A DNA stretch of 64,000 bases from Eledone cirrhosa (taxonomy: Eukaryota): assembly GCA_964016885.1 (NCBI GenBank), contig OZ024754.1, forward strand, positions 15,748,001-15,812,000, given 5' to 3'. This document shows positions 36,041-49,789 of this stretch, one piece after another. Below the pieces are notes generated by a model. The model was not told the DNA's origin. It did not search any database and worked only from the letters and a program-made list of their open reading frames with translations. Every line of letters starts with the position of its first letter. Position 1 is the first letter of the stretch. Made by a program: the position numbers and the translations under genes.

Positions 36041-37145
36041 GGTGGATGGATAAGAGTGTCAGACACCATGATTTGCAGCATAGAGTTATGTCCCTTTACG
36101 TTCAAAGTTCAAATCCCGGCAAGGTTAACATTGCCTTTCACCTTTACAGGGTCGATGAAATAAAGCACCAGTAATCCACTGGGGTAATTGCTGGCCTTGT
36201 GCCAAAAGTAGAAACAATTATAAAATGCACCTAGTACACTTAGTAAAGTGGCAGTGCTGGTACCACATCCCTGATACACCTTTTTTGTCCAATCCATGGA
36301 AAGCTGGACATCCCCTATAATGTACTGCCAAGTGCAACTTACTCTCTTCAAAGACACCCACATGACACATTTCTTGTTCTGCCACTAGTACCCAATCCAC
36401 CCTATTAGGTTATCATGCTGGTGCAACAAGAAAAGCCCCCAGTTCACTCTGTAATGTGGTAGTGGTGGGGCTTTAAAATAATTGTTTCTACTTTTGGCAC
36501 AAGGCCAGGAATTATCCCAGTGTATTACTGGTACTTTATTTCATCGACCCCCGTAAGGATGAAAGGCAAAGTTAACCTCGGCAGGATTTGAACTCAGACC
36601 ATAAAGGGCCGTAACTCTTTGCTGCAAAGCATGGCGTCCGACTCTCTACCGATTCTGCTAATGGTGTAATGTGGTTAGTGTTAGGAAGAGCATCCACCCT
36701 AGAACACCAAGCCAGAAATAAATTGCATGGCCAAGACATGGTCACCTGGCCTAATAACGTGACAGCCCATCTAACCCAGGCATGGAAAATAAATGTTAAA
36801 GGGTGATGATTAGTGAAAACCAGAGAAGAGTAGAGTGTGTATATATATATATTTGTTAAGTATTTCCGTAGAGAAGGTAAAGGAAAGAAGAGTGCTCTAT
36901 GTATTGTACAGAGCTATTTAATTATATAATAACTCTTTAGTGTTCAAACCGGCCAAAACTGGTCAGAATTCTCTACCTCTTTCTGTTGAAACTGGATGTA
37001 ACTGGTCGCTCAAACTGATGTTAAGGTATTGTTTTCAAAATCTCATAGATTCAATATTATGTGAGGTAAAGCCTTTACCATGAAAATATAATAGTATATA
37101 TAAAATAATGTGAATGCTAAAGGGATAAACAACACAATATAATTA

Positions 37146-37215
37146 TTCCATTACTAAAGGTTTCAAGAAACTAGACAATCCTTACAGAAACCTCCAGCTT
37201 ATTCATCAGATGAAA
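37146..37215 (-). ncRNA. Type I hammerhead ribozyme candidate (intact core)
   Basis: TTTCAT CTGATGA ATAAGCTGGA...TCTAGTTTCTT GAAA CCTTTAG TA ATGGAA. 6-bp stem I, GUA triplet. Confidence 0.7.
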
Positions 37216-37239
37216 TAATTATGTTTTGGATATAAGTTT

Positions 37240-37600
37240 TGAAAAATAGAAAAAGGAAAAGAATGTGGTTACACCACCCTTTTCATTAGCAGTTAAAACA
37301 AATATAGGCAGAATGTTCCTTGATCTCTTAGATAAGCATTTCCCCCAACAACATGGATACAATAAAATATTTAACAGAAATTTAGTCGAGATTAGCTATT
37401 CATGCAGTCCTTCAATGAAATCCAAGATTACCAATGGGGAAAATGCCAAGAGAAAATCTAGGATGTTCATGTAGAAATGCAGGAGAATGTCCCCTACAGG
37501 ATATAATCGATATAATCCGATAGTGTGATTGGGGAATTTCTCTTTAAGTATGTGGAGAAGGAATAAGTCAACTAAATTACACACTGTCGAAAGAACCCAT
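37240..37600 (+). mobile_element. Penelope-like element ORF relic (RT thumb to GIY-YIG linker)
   Basis: PPFSLAVKTNIGRMFLDLLDKHFPQQHGYNKIFNRNLVEISYSCSPSM, a characteristic PLE motif, followed by CPL. Confidence 0.85.
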
Positions 37601-38031
37601 TGAAACATCAAAAAGATTTTCTGGGTTTGATTTTTTTTACCCAGTTTTCATCTTTAGCAAAAAGGAATGTTTTTCTGGCATGCAAAATTACATCTTCCTC
37701 TAGTTCTGATATATCGGTAAATTGTCTGGCAAACTCTAAGGCTTTGGCTTATAAGGAGTGAGTAATAGAATGGTAGAAATCTACTATATCAAATTGGGTA
37801 AATCTAGACATATTTTTCTCTTATATCTTATTAAACCAAAATATAACTGAGGAAGTATTTAACCATTGAAATAATTGTTTTACTTCTTATTTCTTTAATG
37901 ATATTCTTAAGATCTTTTTACTAGCAAGACCAATTTCTGTTTTAGCAGGGTTAATAAGTCTACAACTAGATCGGTTATTGAAATCTATTTTATGGTCTTT
38001 AAGTGTAATATAAGCTTTACGCTTTGCTAGG

Positions 38032-38083
<52 letters not shown>

Positions 38084-38407
38084 AATAATATAGGGCTAAC
38101 CAACCAGGGGCGTGCAGACCTCATTTTAGTTGGTCAGCTATGATGCAGATAAAATGAAGTACTCAACAACCTGTATATTATATAGTATTAACCTGTATAT
38201 TATATAGTATTAAAAAGATATAAAATCAGTTCTGTATGTGCAAGACATGGTCACCTGTCTTAGCATTGCCCACAACAGGACAACTCGTCTAACCCATGCT
38301 AGCGTGGAAAAGTGGACATAAAACGGTGATGATGATAATTATGATGATATATATTTTGTTTATCTTCTATTTTATTATATTTTTATATTTTTTCTTTTAT
38401 ATTAAAG

Positions 38408-38524
38408 TATTCAAAATATTTTCAATTGGAGAAGATAGTTTTGAAGAGAAGGCCAACTTCCGTGTTGGTAAAAATATAAACTTAAATTACAGTGCTGCAG
38501 ATGTTTCTTGGAATCATAACGAAG
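38408..38524 (+). CDS. WDR24: WDR24 exon 3 (VFKIFSIGEDSFEEKANFRVGKNINLNYSAADVSWNHNE)
   Basis: Long pyrimidine tract plus aag acceptor. Donor is AAG|GCAAGT (GC). Resembles [35 protein letters not shown]. Confidence 0.9.
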
Positions 38525-38659
38525 GCAAGTTCTTTTTATATATTTTGTTCAGAAACTTAAAATGTTGCTGATTTTCTTAATTTAGATATTTAACCTAAGT
38601 TGTTTTCAAATTTTTAACGTTTTCTCCCTTCTGAACCTTCTTTACGGTCTCAGGATATA

Positions 38660-41600
38660 TAACCTATAGTCAGGTATATTGGTATTACATTTGATATATA
38701 CACAATATACACTATAGTCAGGTATATTGGTATTACATTTGATATATACACAATATACACTATAGTCAGGTGTATTGGTATTACATTTGATATATACACA
38801 ATATACACTATAGTCAGGTGTATTGGTATTACATTTGATATATACACAATATACACTATAGTCAGGTGTATTAGTATTACATTTGATATATACACAATAT
38901 ACACTATAGTCAGGTGTATTGGTATTACATTTGATATATACACAATATACACTATAGTCAGGTGTATTAGTATTACATTTGATATATACACAATATACAC
39001 TATAGTCAGGTGTATTAGTATTACATTTGATATATACACAATATACACTATAGTCAGATGTATTGGTATTACATTTGATATATACACAATATACACTATA
39101 GTCAGGTGTATTGGTATTACATTTGATATATACACAATATACACTATAGTCAGGTGTATTAGTATTACATTTGATATATACACAATATACACTATAGTCA
39201 GGTATATTAGTATTACATTTGATATATACACAATATACACTATAGTCAGGTATATTAGTATTACATTTAATATATACACAATATACACTATAGTCAGGTA
39301 TATTAGTATTATATTTGATATATACACAATATATACTATAGTCAGGTATATTGGTATTACATTTGATATATACACAATATACACTATAGTCAGGTATATT
39401 AGTATTACATTTGATATATACACAATATACACTATAGTCAGGTGTATTGGTATTACATTTGATATATACACAATATACACTATAGTCAGGTGTATTAGTA
39501 TTACATTTGATATATACACAATATACACTATAGTCAGGTATATTAGTATTACATTTGATATATACACAATATACACTATAGTCAGGTATATTAGTATTAC
39601 ATTTAATATATACACAATATACACTATAGTCAGGTATATTAGTATTATATTTGATATATACACAATATATACTATAGTCAGGTATATTGGTATTACATTT
39701 GATATATACACAATATACACTATAGTCAGGTATATTAGTATTATATTTGATATATACACAATATACACTATAGTCAGGTATATTGGTATTACATTTGATA
39801 TATACACAATATACACTATAGTCAGGTATATTAGTATTACATTTGATATATACACAATATACACTATAGTCAAGTATATTGGTATTACATTTGATATATA
39901 TACAATATACACTATAGTCAAGTATATTGGTATTACATTTGATATATATACACAATATATACTATAGTCAGGTATATTGGTATTACATTTGATATATACA
40001 CAATATACACTATAGTTGGGTATATTGGTATTACAGTTGATATATACACAATATATACTATAGTCAGGTATATTGGTATTACATTTGATATATACACAAT
40101 ATACACTATAGTTGGGTATATTGGTATTATATTTGATATATACACAATATATACTATAGTTGGGTATATTAGTATTACATTTGATATATACACAATATAT
40201 ACTATAGTTGGGTATATTGGTATTATATTTGATATATACACAATATATACTATAGATGGGTATATTAGTATTACATTTGATATATACACAATATATACTA
40301 TAGTTGGGTATATTGGTATTATATTTGATATATACACAATATACACTATAGTCAGGTATATTAGTATTACATTTGATATATACACAATATACACTATAGT
40401 TGGGTATATTAGTATTATATTTTATATATACACAATATATACTATAGTCAGGTATATTGGTATTACATTTGATATATACACAATATACACTATAGTCAGG
40501 TATATTAGTATTACATTTGATATATACACAATATATACTATAGTTGGGTATATTGGTATTACATTTGATATATACACAATATATACTATAGTCAGGTATA
40601 TTAGTATTACATTTGATATATACACAATATACACTATAGTTGGGTATATTAGTATTATATTTTATATATACACAATATATACTATAGTCAGATATATTGG
40701 TATTACATTTGATATATACACAATATACACTATAGTCAGGTATATTAGTATTACATTTGATATATACACTATAGTCAGGTATATTAGTATTACATTTGAT
40801 ATATACACAATATACACTATAGTCAGGTATATTAGTATTACATTTGATATATACACAATATATACTATAGTCAGGTATATTAGTATTACATTTGATATAT
40901 ACACAATATACACTATAGTTGGGTATATTAGTATTATATTTTATATATACACAATATATACTATAGTCAGGTATATTGGTATTACATTTGATATATACAC
41001 AATATACACTATAGTCAGGTATATTAGTATTACATTTGATATATACACAATATACACTATAGTCAGGTATATTAGTATTACATTTGATATATACACAATA
41101 TACACTATAGTCAGGTATATTAGTATTACATTTGATATATACACAATATATACTATAGTCAGGTATATTGGTATTACATTTGATATATACACAATATATA
41201 CTATAGTCAGGTATATTGGTATTACATTTGATATATACACTATAATCAGGTATATTAGTATTACATTTGATATATACACAATATACACTATAGTTGGGTA
41301 TATTGGTATTACATTTGATATATACACAATATACACTATAGTCAGGTATATTGGTATTACATTTGATATATACACAATATACACTATAATCAGGTATATT
41401 AGTATTACATTTGATATATACACAATATATACTATAGTCAGGTATATTAGTATTACATTTGATATATACACAATGTACACTATAGTTGGGTATATTAGTA
41501 TTACATTTGATATATACACAAGATACACTATAGTCAGGTATATTAGTATTACATTTGATATATACACAATATATACTATAGTTGGGTATATTAGTATTAT

Positions 41601-43520
41601 ATTTTATATATATACAATATACACTATAGTCAGGTATATTGGTATTACATTTGATATATACACAATATACACTATAGTCAGGTATATTGGTATTACATTT
41701 GATATATACACAATATACACTATAGTCAGGTATATTGGTATTACATTTGATATATACACAATATACACTATAGTCAGGTATATTGGTATTACATTTGATA
41801 TATACACAATATATACTATAGTCAGGTATATTGGTATTACATTTGATATATACACAATATACACTATAGTCAGGTATATTGGTATTACATTTGATATATA
41901 CACAATATACACTATAGTTGGGTATATTGGTATTACATTTGATATATACACAATATACACTATAGTCAGGTGTATTGGTATTACATTTGATATATACACA
42001 ATATATACTATAGTCAGGTATATTGGTATTACATTTGATATATACACAATATATACTATAGTCAGGTATATTAGTATTACATTTGATATATACACAATAT
42101 ATACTATAGTCAGGTATATTGGTATTACATTTGATATATACACAATATACACTATAGTTGGGTATATTGGTATTACATTTGATATATACACAATATACAC
42201 TATAGTTGGGTATATTGGTATTACATTTGATATATACACAATATACACTATAGTTGGGTATATTGGTATTACATTTGATATATACACAATATACACTATA
42301 GTCAGGTATATTGGTATTACATTTGATTTATACACAATATACACTATAGTCAGGTATATTGGTATTACATTTGATATATACACAATATACACTATAGTTG
42401 GGTATATTGGTATTACATTTGATATATACACAATATACACTATAGTTGGGTATATTGGTATTATATTTGATATATACACAATATATACTATAGTCAGGTA
42501 TATTGGTATTACATTTGATATATACACAATATACACTATAGTCAGGTATATTAGTATTATATTTTATATATACACTATAATCAGGTATATTAGTATTACA
42601 TTTGATATATACACAATATACACTATAGTTGGGTATATGAGTATTACATTTGATATATACACAATATATACTATAGTCAGATATATAAGTATTACATTTG
42701 ATATATACACAATATATACTATAGTCAGGTATATTGGTATTATATTTGATATATACACTATAATCAGGTATATTAGTATTACATTTGATATATACACAAT
42801 ATACACTATAGTCAGGTATATTGGTATTACATTTGATATATACACAATATACACTATAGTCAGGTATATTGGTATTACATTTGATATATACACAATATAT
42901 ACTATAGTCAGGTATATTGGTATTATATTTGATATATACACAATATATACTATAGTCAGGTATATTGGTATTATATTTGATATATACACAATATACACTA
43001 TAGTTGGGTATATTAGTATTACATTTGATATATACACAATATACACTATAGTTGGGTATATTAGTATTACATTTGATATATACACTATAGTCAGGTATAT
43101 TAGTATTATATTTGATATATACACTATAGTCAGGTATATTGGTATTACATTTGATATACACTATAGTCAGGTATATTAGTATTACATTTGATATATACAC
43201 AATATACACTATAGTTGGGTATATTAGTATTACATTTGATATATACACAATATACACTATAGTCAGGTATATTAGTATTACATTTGATATATACACAATA
43301 TACACTATAGTCAGGTATATTAGTATTACATTTTATATATACACAATATACACTATAGTCAGGTATATTGGTATTACATTTGATATATACACAATATATA
43401 CTATAGTCAGGTATGTTAGTATTTCATTTGATATATACACAATATACACTATAGTCAGGTATATTAGTATTACATTTGATATACACTATAGTCAGGTATA
43501 TTAGTATTACATTTGTTATA
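38660..43520. repeat. 48-bp minisatellite, about 100 copies, filling WDR24 intron 3
   Basis: Unit ACTATAGTCAGGTATATTGGTATTACATTTGATATATACACAATATAC, giving 16-aa periodic ORFs. 39-bp deletion variants occur. Confidence 0.99.
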
Positions 43521-43615
43521 TATGTATGAAAACCAGTGATTTAATCCAGTCATTAGCTCATCCATGGAACTATTTGACAATATAGAAATTTATCATTATG
43601 TTTGTCTTTTTTCAG

Positions 43616-43693
43616 AAAACAAGATAGCTTCGGCAGCAACAAATAGTTCTGTAGTAGTTTGGGATTTACAGAAATCTTCACGTTCTAAGCTCT
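43616..43693 (+). CDS. WDR24: WDR24 exon 4 (ENKIASAATNSSVVVWDLQKSSRSKL)
   Basis: ttttcag / T|gtaagt. WD40 segment resembling ENLLATAATNGVVVTWNL. Confidence 0.92.
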
Positions 43694-44441
43694 GTAAGTG
43701 ACACACTTTTTCCATATGTTCCTCTCTCTTAGTATTTAACAAAAGTAAGGAAAAAAAAAAAAGAAAAAAAACCTAGAGCAGCACTTATTCTTTTATTGGT
43801 TTCAGTCTAATGACTGTGGCTATGCTGATCATATCAAACCCAGTGCATGCCATACCAGTATGGAAAATGGATGTAAAACAGTGATGATAATAATGAAAAT
43901 TTTTCATAAAAGTATTTTGTTAATACTGATTCTTAACATCCTGTATAACATAAAACTGCATTAGCAAGACATTCGTAAAAAGTATAAAACAACACTATGA
44001 CTGCATCACATTAAATATTAAAGTTTTTACTTTAGTCTACTGCAAACTTTTACAAAGATATGTCCACTAGCCAATGTATTGTATACATTTGAATTAACAA
44101 ACCTAAATCTTTACAGGGTGTTAAAAGTTAATACTGCAAATTTTCACAAAAATCTGTGCACTGATAGAGATACTATAAACATTTGAATTAAGAAACCCAT
44201 TTTTAGATATTTTCTGCTAAATCTTTCCAGGATGTTAAGAGTTGATACTGCAAATGTTCACAACATTCTGTCCACTACTAAAGATACTATAAACATTTGA
44301 ATTAACAAACTCGTTTTTAGGTATTTTCTGCTAAACCAATTATAAAATGTTAAGAGTTAAAATGCTTTTGAAGCCATGCATGTAATGTTGTATGTTGTAT
44401 GTTGTATAGGTACGCAACTATTGACTTTATTTTATTTCCAG

Positions 44442-44548
44442 ATCATGTTTATATGTCCCACAAAAGAACCGTTCATAGAGTTACGTTTCATAATAAAGAA
44501 CCTGCCCTTCTTCTTAGTGGCTCTCAAGATGGAGATATGAAAATATTT
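44442..44548 (+). CDS. WDR24: WDR24 exon 5 (YHVYMSHKRTVHRVTFHNKEPALLLSGSQDGDMKIF)
   Basis: tttccag / gtaagg. Contains the HKRTV...LLSGSQDG WDR24 signature. Confidence 0.95.
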
Positions 44549-46804
44549 GTAAGGACATTGCTGCTTCTTCCTCTCTCATTAATCCTCATTATTACACACA
44601 TAGGGCGGTGGATTGGCAGTATCGGTAGAGGGTCGGACGGCATGCTTTGCAGCAAAGAGTTACGGCACTTTATGGTCTGAGTTCAAATCCCGCCGAGGTT
44701 GACTTTGCCTTTCATCCTTACAGGGTCGATAAAATAAAGTACCAGTAATACACTGGGTAATTGCTGGCCTTGTGCCAAAAGTAGAAACAATTATTACACA
44801 CATCCTTACGGTCGATAAAATAAAGTACCAGTAATACACTGGGGTAATTGCTGGCCCTGTGCCAAAAGTAGAAATAATTATTACACACAACAAGGGTGGT
44901 GGATTGGCAGTATCGGCAGAGCGTCGGACAACGTTTTATGACATAGAGTTGTGTCCCTTTACGTTCTGAGTTCAAAATCCTGCTGAGGTTAGCTTTGCCT
45001 TTCATCCTTACGGGATCGATAAAATAAAGTACCAGTAATGCACTTGAGTCGATTTAATCGACTTTCCCCCCTCCCCAAAATTGCTGGCCTTGTGTCTAAA
45101 TTAGAATCATACTGGGTAATTGCTGGCCTTGTGCCTAAAGTAGAAACAATTATTATATCCCGCCGAGGTTAACTTTGCCTTTCATCCTTACGGGGTTGAT
45201 GAAATAAAGTACCAGTGATACACTGGGATAATTGTTGGCCTTGTGCCAAAAGTAGAAACAATTATTATATACACAACATTAAACTTACATGACATTTAAT
45301 AATCTATATATTTAAAACACAAAGACTCTGTGTATGTGTGTGTGCTTTAGAGGATAGATATTGTTAATTTAAATGAAATAAACCACAAAATAAAATATAT
45401 TGGTGCAAGTTGTGCAAAATAAGTTTTTCCTATTTATACATTTGTATACACTGATATCTTTATCATCATCATTTAACATCCATTTTTCTCTGCTAACATG
45501 GGTTAGATGGGTGGTCCTGTTGGGAGACAAGTCAGGTCAGATGACTGTGTCTTGCTCATACGCAACTATTTCTGGTTTGATTTCTATGGCTAGATGCCCT
45601 TCCTAACACCAACCACATTTACATTGTGGAGTGGGAGCTTTATGTCATGTCACCAATACAACCACTTTACAGTATGGCTGGGCGCTTTTTGTTGTGGCAA
45701 CAAAACGATCACTTTACAGTGTTAACTGGCACTTTTCACGCACGCACCCACTCATTGCGTATATATTACCATCATTGTTTAAAACTTAGGTATTGTATCT
45801 ATTGTATCAAATATTTAGGTATTTTTGGCCCACCCTTGCAAGCAGGGAAGAGCGGCCGTAAAATGATGATGATGATGATGATTTACAGAATTGCTAAAAT
45901 TTCTATGGCTAGATGGCTAGATGTCCTTCCTATTACCTACCACTTTACCTTGTGTCCTGGGTGTGTTTTACCATTTGCATTACTCTATATTTACTGTTAT
46001 ATTTTCACAGTAAAGGCTTTACCTCACATAATATCGAATCTATGAGATTTTGATATTATTTATGTTGAGAATAATACCTTAACAGAAGTATGAGTGGTCG
46101 GTCACTGCCGGTTTGAACGGTTTGTGAGAGAATTCTGGCCAGATATGGTCGGTTTAAATGCTAAAGGGTTAAATATATATGATAACAGAAAAGAAATTCT
46201 GTTGAATGTGGGAGAAGGGTTCCGAAAATAATTATTGTGAATTACTGAAGCTATTTGATTTTAGTATTTTATAACCAACTAACAGAAGCACCTTCCTGGT
46301 GCTGGTGCTACATGATAAATACACCCAGTACACTCTGTACAGTGGTTGGTGATAGGAAGGGCATCCAGCCAGAGAAAACTTGCCTAACAAAGGGTCAGAG
46401 AGACTCTCCAGTTGTGTCAAAAAAAACCATGACAACCTTTCTATTGCTACTGATCCATACGATAAATGCACCAAATACTCTCTGTAAAGTGGTTGATGAT
46501 AGGAAGGTCATCCAGCTGTAGAGAATCTGCCAAAAAAGGGGGTGTCAGGAGAACTTTTCAACTGTGTCAATGACATGACAGCCTCCCTAGTATTTGTGTT
46601 ATAATAAAATGCACAGGGTAGAGCACAAAAATGTATTATGGCTCCCAACCCATCTGAGGGGTCAATAACTCTGCTTGAGTACTGATTCATTCAGTAAACA
46701 CCTGTCCAACTCTTGGTAACAGGAAAGACAGACATTGATATAATGATGATGATGATGATGATGATATTCAAATTAAGTTGTTGTTTTTTTTATTATCTTT
46801 ATAG

Positions 46805-46930
46805 GACATTAGACGGAAGGATGTAAGCACAACGTTTTCTGCCAAAGAAAGTGTTCGAGATGTCCAGTTTTGTCCACAGAGCTCAGGGTACTTCCGTTTT
46901 GCTGCTGGATTGGAAAATGGTATTGTTCAG
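46805..46930 (+). CDS. WDR24: WDR24 exon 6 (DIRRKDVSTTFSAKESVRDVQF...ENGIVQ)
   Basis: tttatag / CAG|gtcatt, 42 codons, ESVRDVQF motif. Confidence 0.95.
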
Positions 46931-47034
46931 GTCATTAAAACATTTCCTCTGCTCTAATTCTAGATTCTGGCATATGGTCGGAGAAGCTTATCGTTCCAGT
47001 TGGATTATTCTTGTATTCTTTTATTCTTTTGATG

Positions 47035-47340
47035 GTTTCTGTCATTTGGCCAAAGCCATGCTGGGACACTGCCTTTACTGGTTTCTGTCATAGGCTGTGG
47101 CCATGCTGGGACACTGCCTTTACTGGTTTATGTCATAGACTGTGGCCATGCTGGGACACTGCCTTTACTGGTTTATATCATAGACTGTGGCCATGCTGGG
47201 ACACTGCCTTTACTGGTTTATGTCATAGGCTGTGGCTATGCTGGGACACCGCCTTTACTGGTTTATGTCATAGGCTGTGGCCATGCTGGGACACTGCCTT
47301 TACTGGTTTCTGTCATTAGGCCGTGACCGTGCTGGAGCAC
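47035..47340. repeat. 45-bp minisatellite, about 6 copies
   Basis: Unit GCCATGCTGGGACACTGCCTTTACTGGTTTATGTCATAGGCTGTG. Confidence 0.95.
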
Positions 47341-47369
47341 CAACTTTAAATACTTCTATTTTTCAAGTT

Positions 47370-47760
47370 AGGTACTGTCATTAAAACACCTAAGAAATCT
47401 CCTATATAATGCAGCGTTGTAGAAGACCAGCTAAATTGAGATAGGTGTGAGCTGTAACCACAACATACAGTCATATGTATGCGTATGATAGGATTGGGAC
47501 CCCTATCATTAAAACACTCAAGAAACCTCCTATGAGATGCAGCCTTGTTGAAGACCAACCAAAACTACATAGGTGTGTATGATAGGACTGTGACCCTATC
47601 ATTAAAACCTCATAGAAGACCAGCTAAACTGACATAAGTAGGAGCTGTAACAACAGCAACAACAACACACTTGTTTATGATAAGACTGGGGTCCCTATCA
47701 TTAAAACACCCAAGAGGCCTTATGAGATGCAGTCTTGTAGAAGGCCAGCTAAACTTACAT
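47370..47760. repeat. Degenerate tandem repeat, 3-4 copies
   Basis: Recurrent CCCTATCATTAAAACAC...ATGCAG..TTGTAGAAGACCAGCTAAA. Confidence 0.65.
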
Positions 47761-47812
47761 TAGTGGTCAGTAGTAAATTTCATTTTTTTTTTTTTTTACA
47801 TTTTTCAAATAG

Positions 47813-47944
47813 GAATGGGATATTCGACGTCCAGATCGTCCTGATAGAGAGATAACAGCTCACACAGGGCCAGTGTTTACACTGGACTGGAACCCTATGG
47901 ACAAAAACTGGCTTGCCACTGGTGGAAGAGATAGAGCTATAAAA
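47813..47944 (+). CDS. WDR24: WDR24 exon 7 ([44 protein letters not shown])
   Basis: Pyrimidine tract plus atag / gtaagt. WDIRRPD and LATGGRD motifs. Confidence 0.95.
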
Positions 47945-48092
47945 GTAAGTAATTAGCTTGTTATTGCATGATTTTACTTTTAACATCCTCTTATGATTTA
48001 CCAGAACAAATTTTTTTCTGTATTATATCAATATTGTTTCATAAGTTTTTTTCTGAAACTTATATATATAAATATATAACGAAGGAAATGTG

Positions 48093-48163
48093 GTAAGAAA
48101 CCAGATGGACCATAACCAGAATTAGCCGTCGAAACGGCTTGAGCTCAGCCGTCGGGGTCCTAC
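48093..48163 (+). ncRNA. Degenerate type I hammerhead
   Basis: CAGATGG(AC)...GTC GAAA CGGCT-tgagctc-AGCCG TC GGGGTCCTAC. Perfect stem III and GUC triplet, mutated CUGAUGA. Confidence 0.5.
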
Positions 48164-48399
48164 TCGTTCCTATATAAATATATATATATATGTATATACA
48201 ATGATATTAAATAAATGGAAATATATATAATTGAATAAATATAGTTTCTATTTATTTAATATCATTGACTATTTACTCCAGAAATCTGTCGAGAGCTCTG
48301 AAGCAGTTATAAACATTTATATTTATTTGTTGTATTTCCAACAAATTAAATATCCCTTCTACTTATATATATATATATGTATATATATATATGTATATA

Positions 48400-48444
<45 letters not shown>

Positions 48445-48940
48445 GTATATATCATCATCAGCATCATCGTGTAACGTCTGTCTTCCATGCTAGCATGGGT
48501 TTAGACGAGAATTGTCCCACTTGAGGCAAGATTGGTCATCTCGCTCGTATAGGACTGTCTGGCAGGTTTTCTACGGCTGGATGCCCTTCCTAACACCAAC
48601 CACGTTTACAGTGTGGAACTGGGAGGTTTTTACCGTGTTACCTACACGGCCACATTACAGCGTGGACTGTGTGTTTTTTTGTCGTGACACCTACACGACC
48701 TCATTTATTTAGGACTGGATGGTGTGGTACCAACATAACTTTACAGAGAAAGGGGTGATATATATATATGCATAGAGAGAGAGAGATAGATATTATAAAA
48801 TATCGATTGACATATATATACACATATATCGAATGACATATACATATATAATATTTTATGAAACTTCAGCAGGAGATAATCTGTAAAGAATGTAAGAACA
48901 CATAGTTCCGCAAGGTAACATTAAAATTTAACTTTGAATG

Positions 48941-48990
<50 letters not shown>

Positions 48991-49036
48991 ATATACACAC
49001 AGACATATATATATATCATATTTGTTTTCAAATTAG

Positions 49037-49235
49037 GTGTGGGATATGCCTTCAAAGAAGCTTGTTCATGTTGTTCATACTATGGCCTCTGTAGCCAGAT
49101 GTAAATGGCGCCCTGAATACAAATACCTTATAGCTAGCAGCTCCCTCCTTGTAGATTTTGCTGTCAACATCTGGGACATCCGTCGACCTTATATTCCTTT
49201 GGCTGCATTTAACCGACACAAAGATGTGGCATCTG
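49037..49235 (+). CDS. WDR24: WDR24 exon 8 (VWDMPSKKLVHVVHTMASVARCKWRPE...WDIRRPYIP...HKDVAS)
   Basis: aattag / G|gtatgt. ASVARxKWRP and WDxRRPxxP motifs. Confidence 0.95.
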
Positions 49236-49270
49236 GTATGTAAACAATTAACATTTTCACTATCATTTTC

Positions 49271-49331
<61 letters not shown>

Positions 49332-49335
<4 letters not shown>

Positions 49336-49663
49336 TACTAAAACTCTGTGATTGTGTGCTTGTCTGTTATTTAATACAGCCAAAACGGTGCATAATGGGA
49401 AAATACTTTGAAAGGAAGTTGCCTCTGTAATGGGAATACAAATGGATTAAAACAAGTTTCACGTAAACCCGAGCATGGGTTCCCGAGATACAGGGTTTTT
49501 CCAGGTACCTTCATAAATAGCCAACAGTTCTGTGATAATCAATCAGATCGTTAGCGCGCTTACCGTTGTTTCATTTCTGAAAAGCCTTAGTGCAGTCAAG
49601 TTAAAGAGATCCAGCTTAGATCAACTAGACCACCCGTAACCTATTGGGTTACGGGTGGTCTAA
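49332..49663. mobile_element. Possible non-autonomous Helitron with terminal 16-bp hairpin
   Basis: Begins at (TA)n, ends in TAGACCACCCGTAACC-tattg-GGTTACGGGTGGTCTA with CTAG/CTAA termini. Confidence 0.4.
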
Positions 49664-49789
49664 TATTATATAAAGATCATGTGGCTCTATGTTCATTCAA
49701 TGAGAGAATTAACCCTTTAGCATTTAAACCTGGCCACTCATACTGATGTTAAGGTATTCTCAATGATGATACTATATATATATAGTAAT

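Noticed and set aside
38642-43504. Long 16-aa-periodic ORFs (YIKCNTNIPDYSVYCV etc.)
   Set aside because: Artefact of a 48-bp unit (multiple of 3) inside a WDR24 intron; open on both strands.
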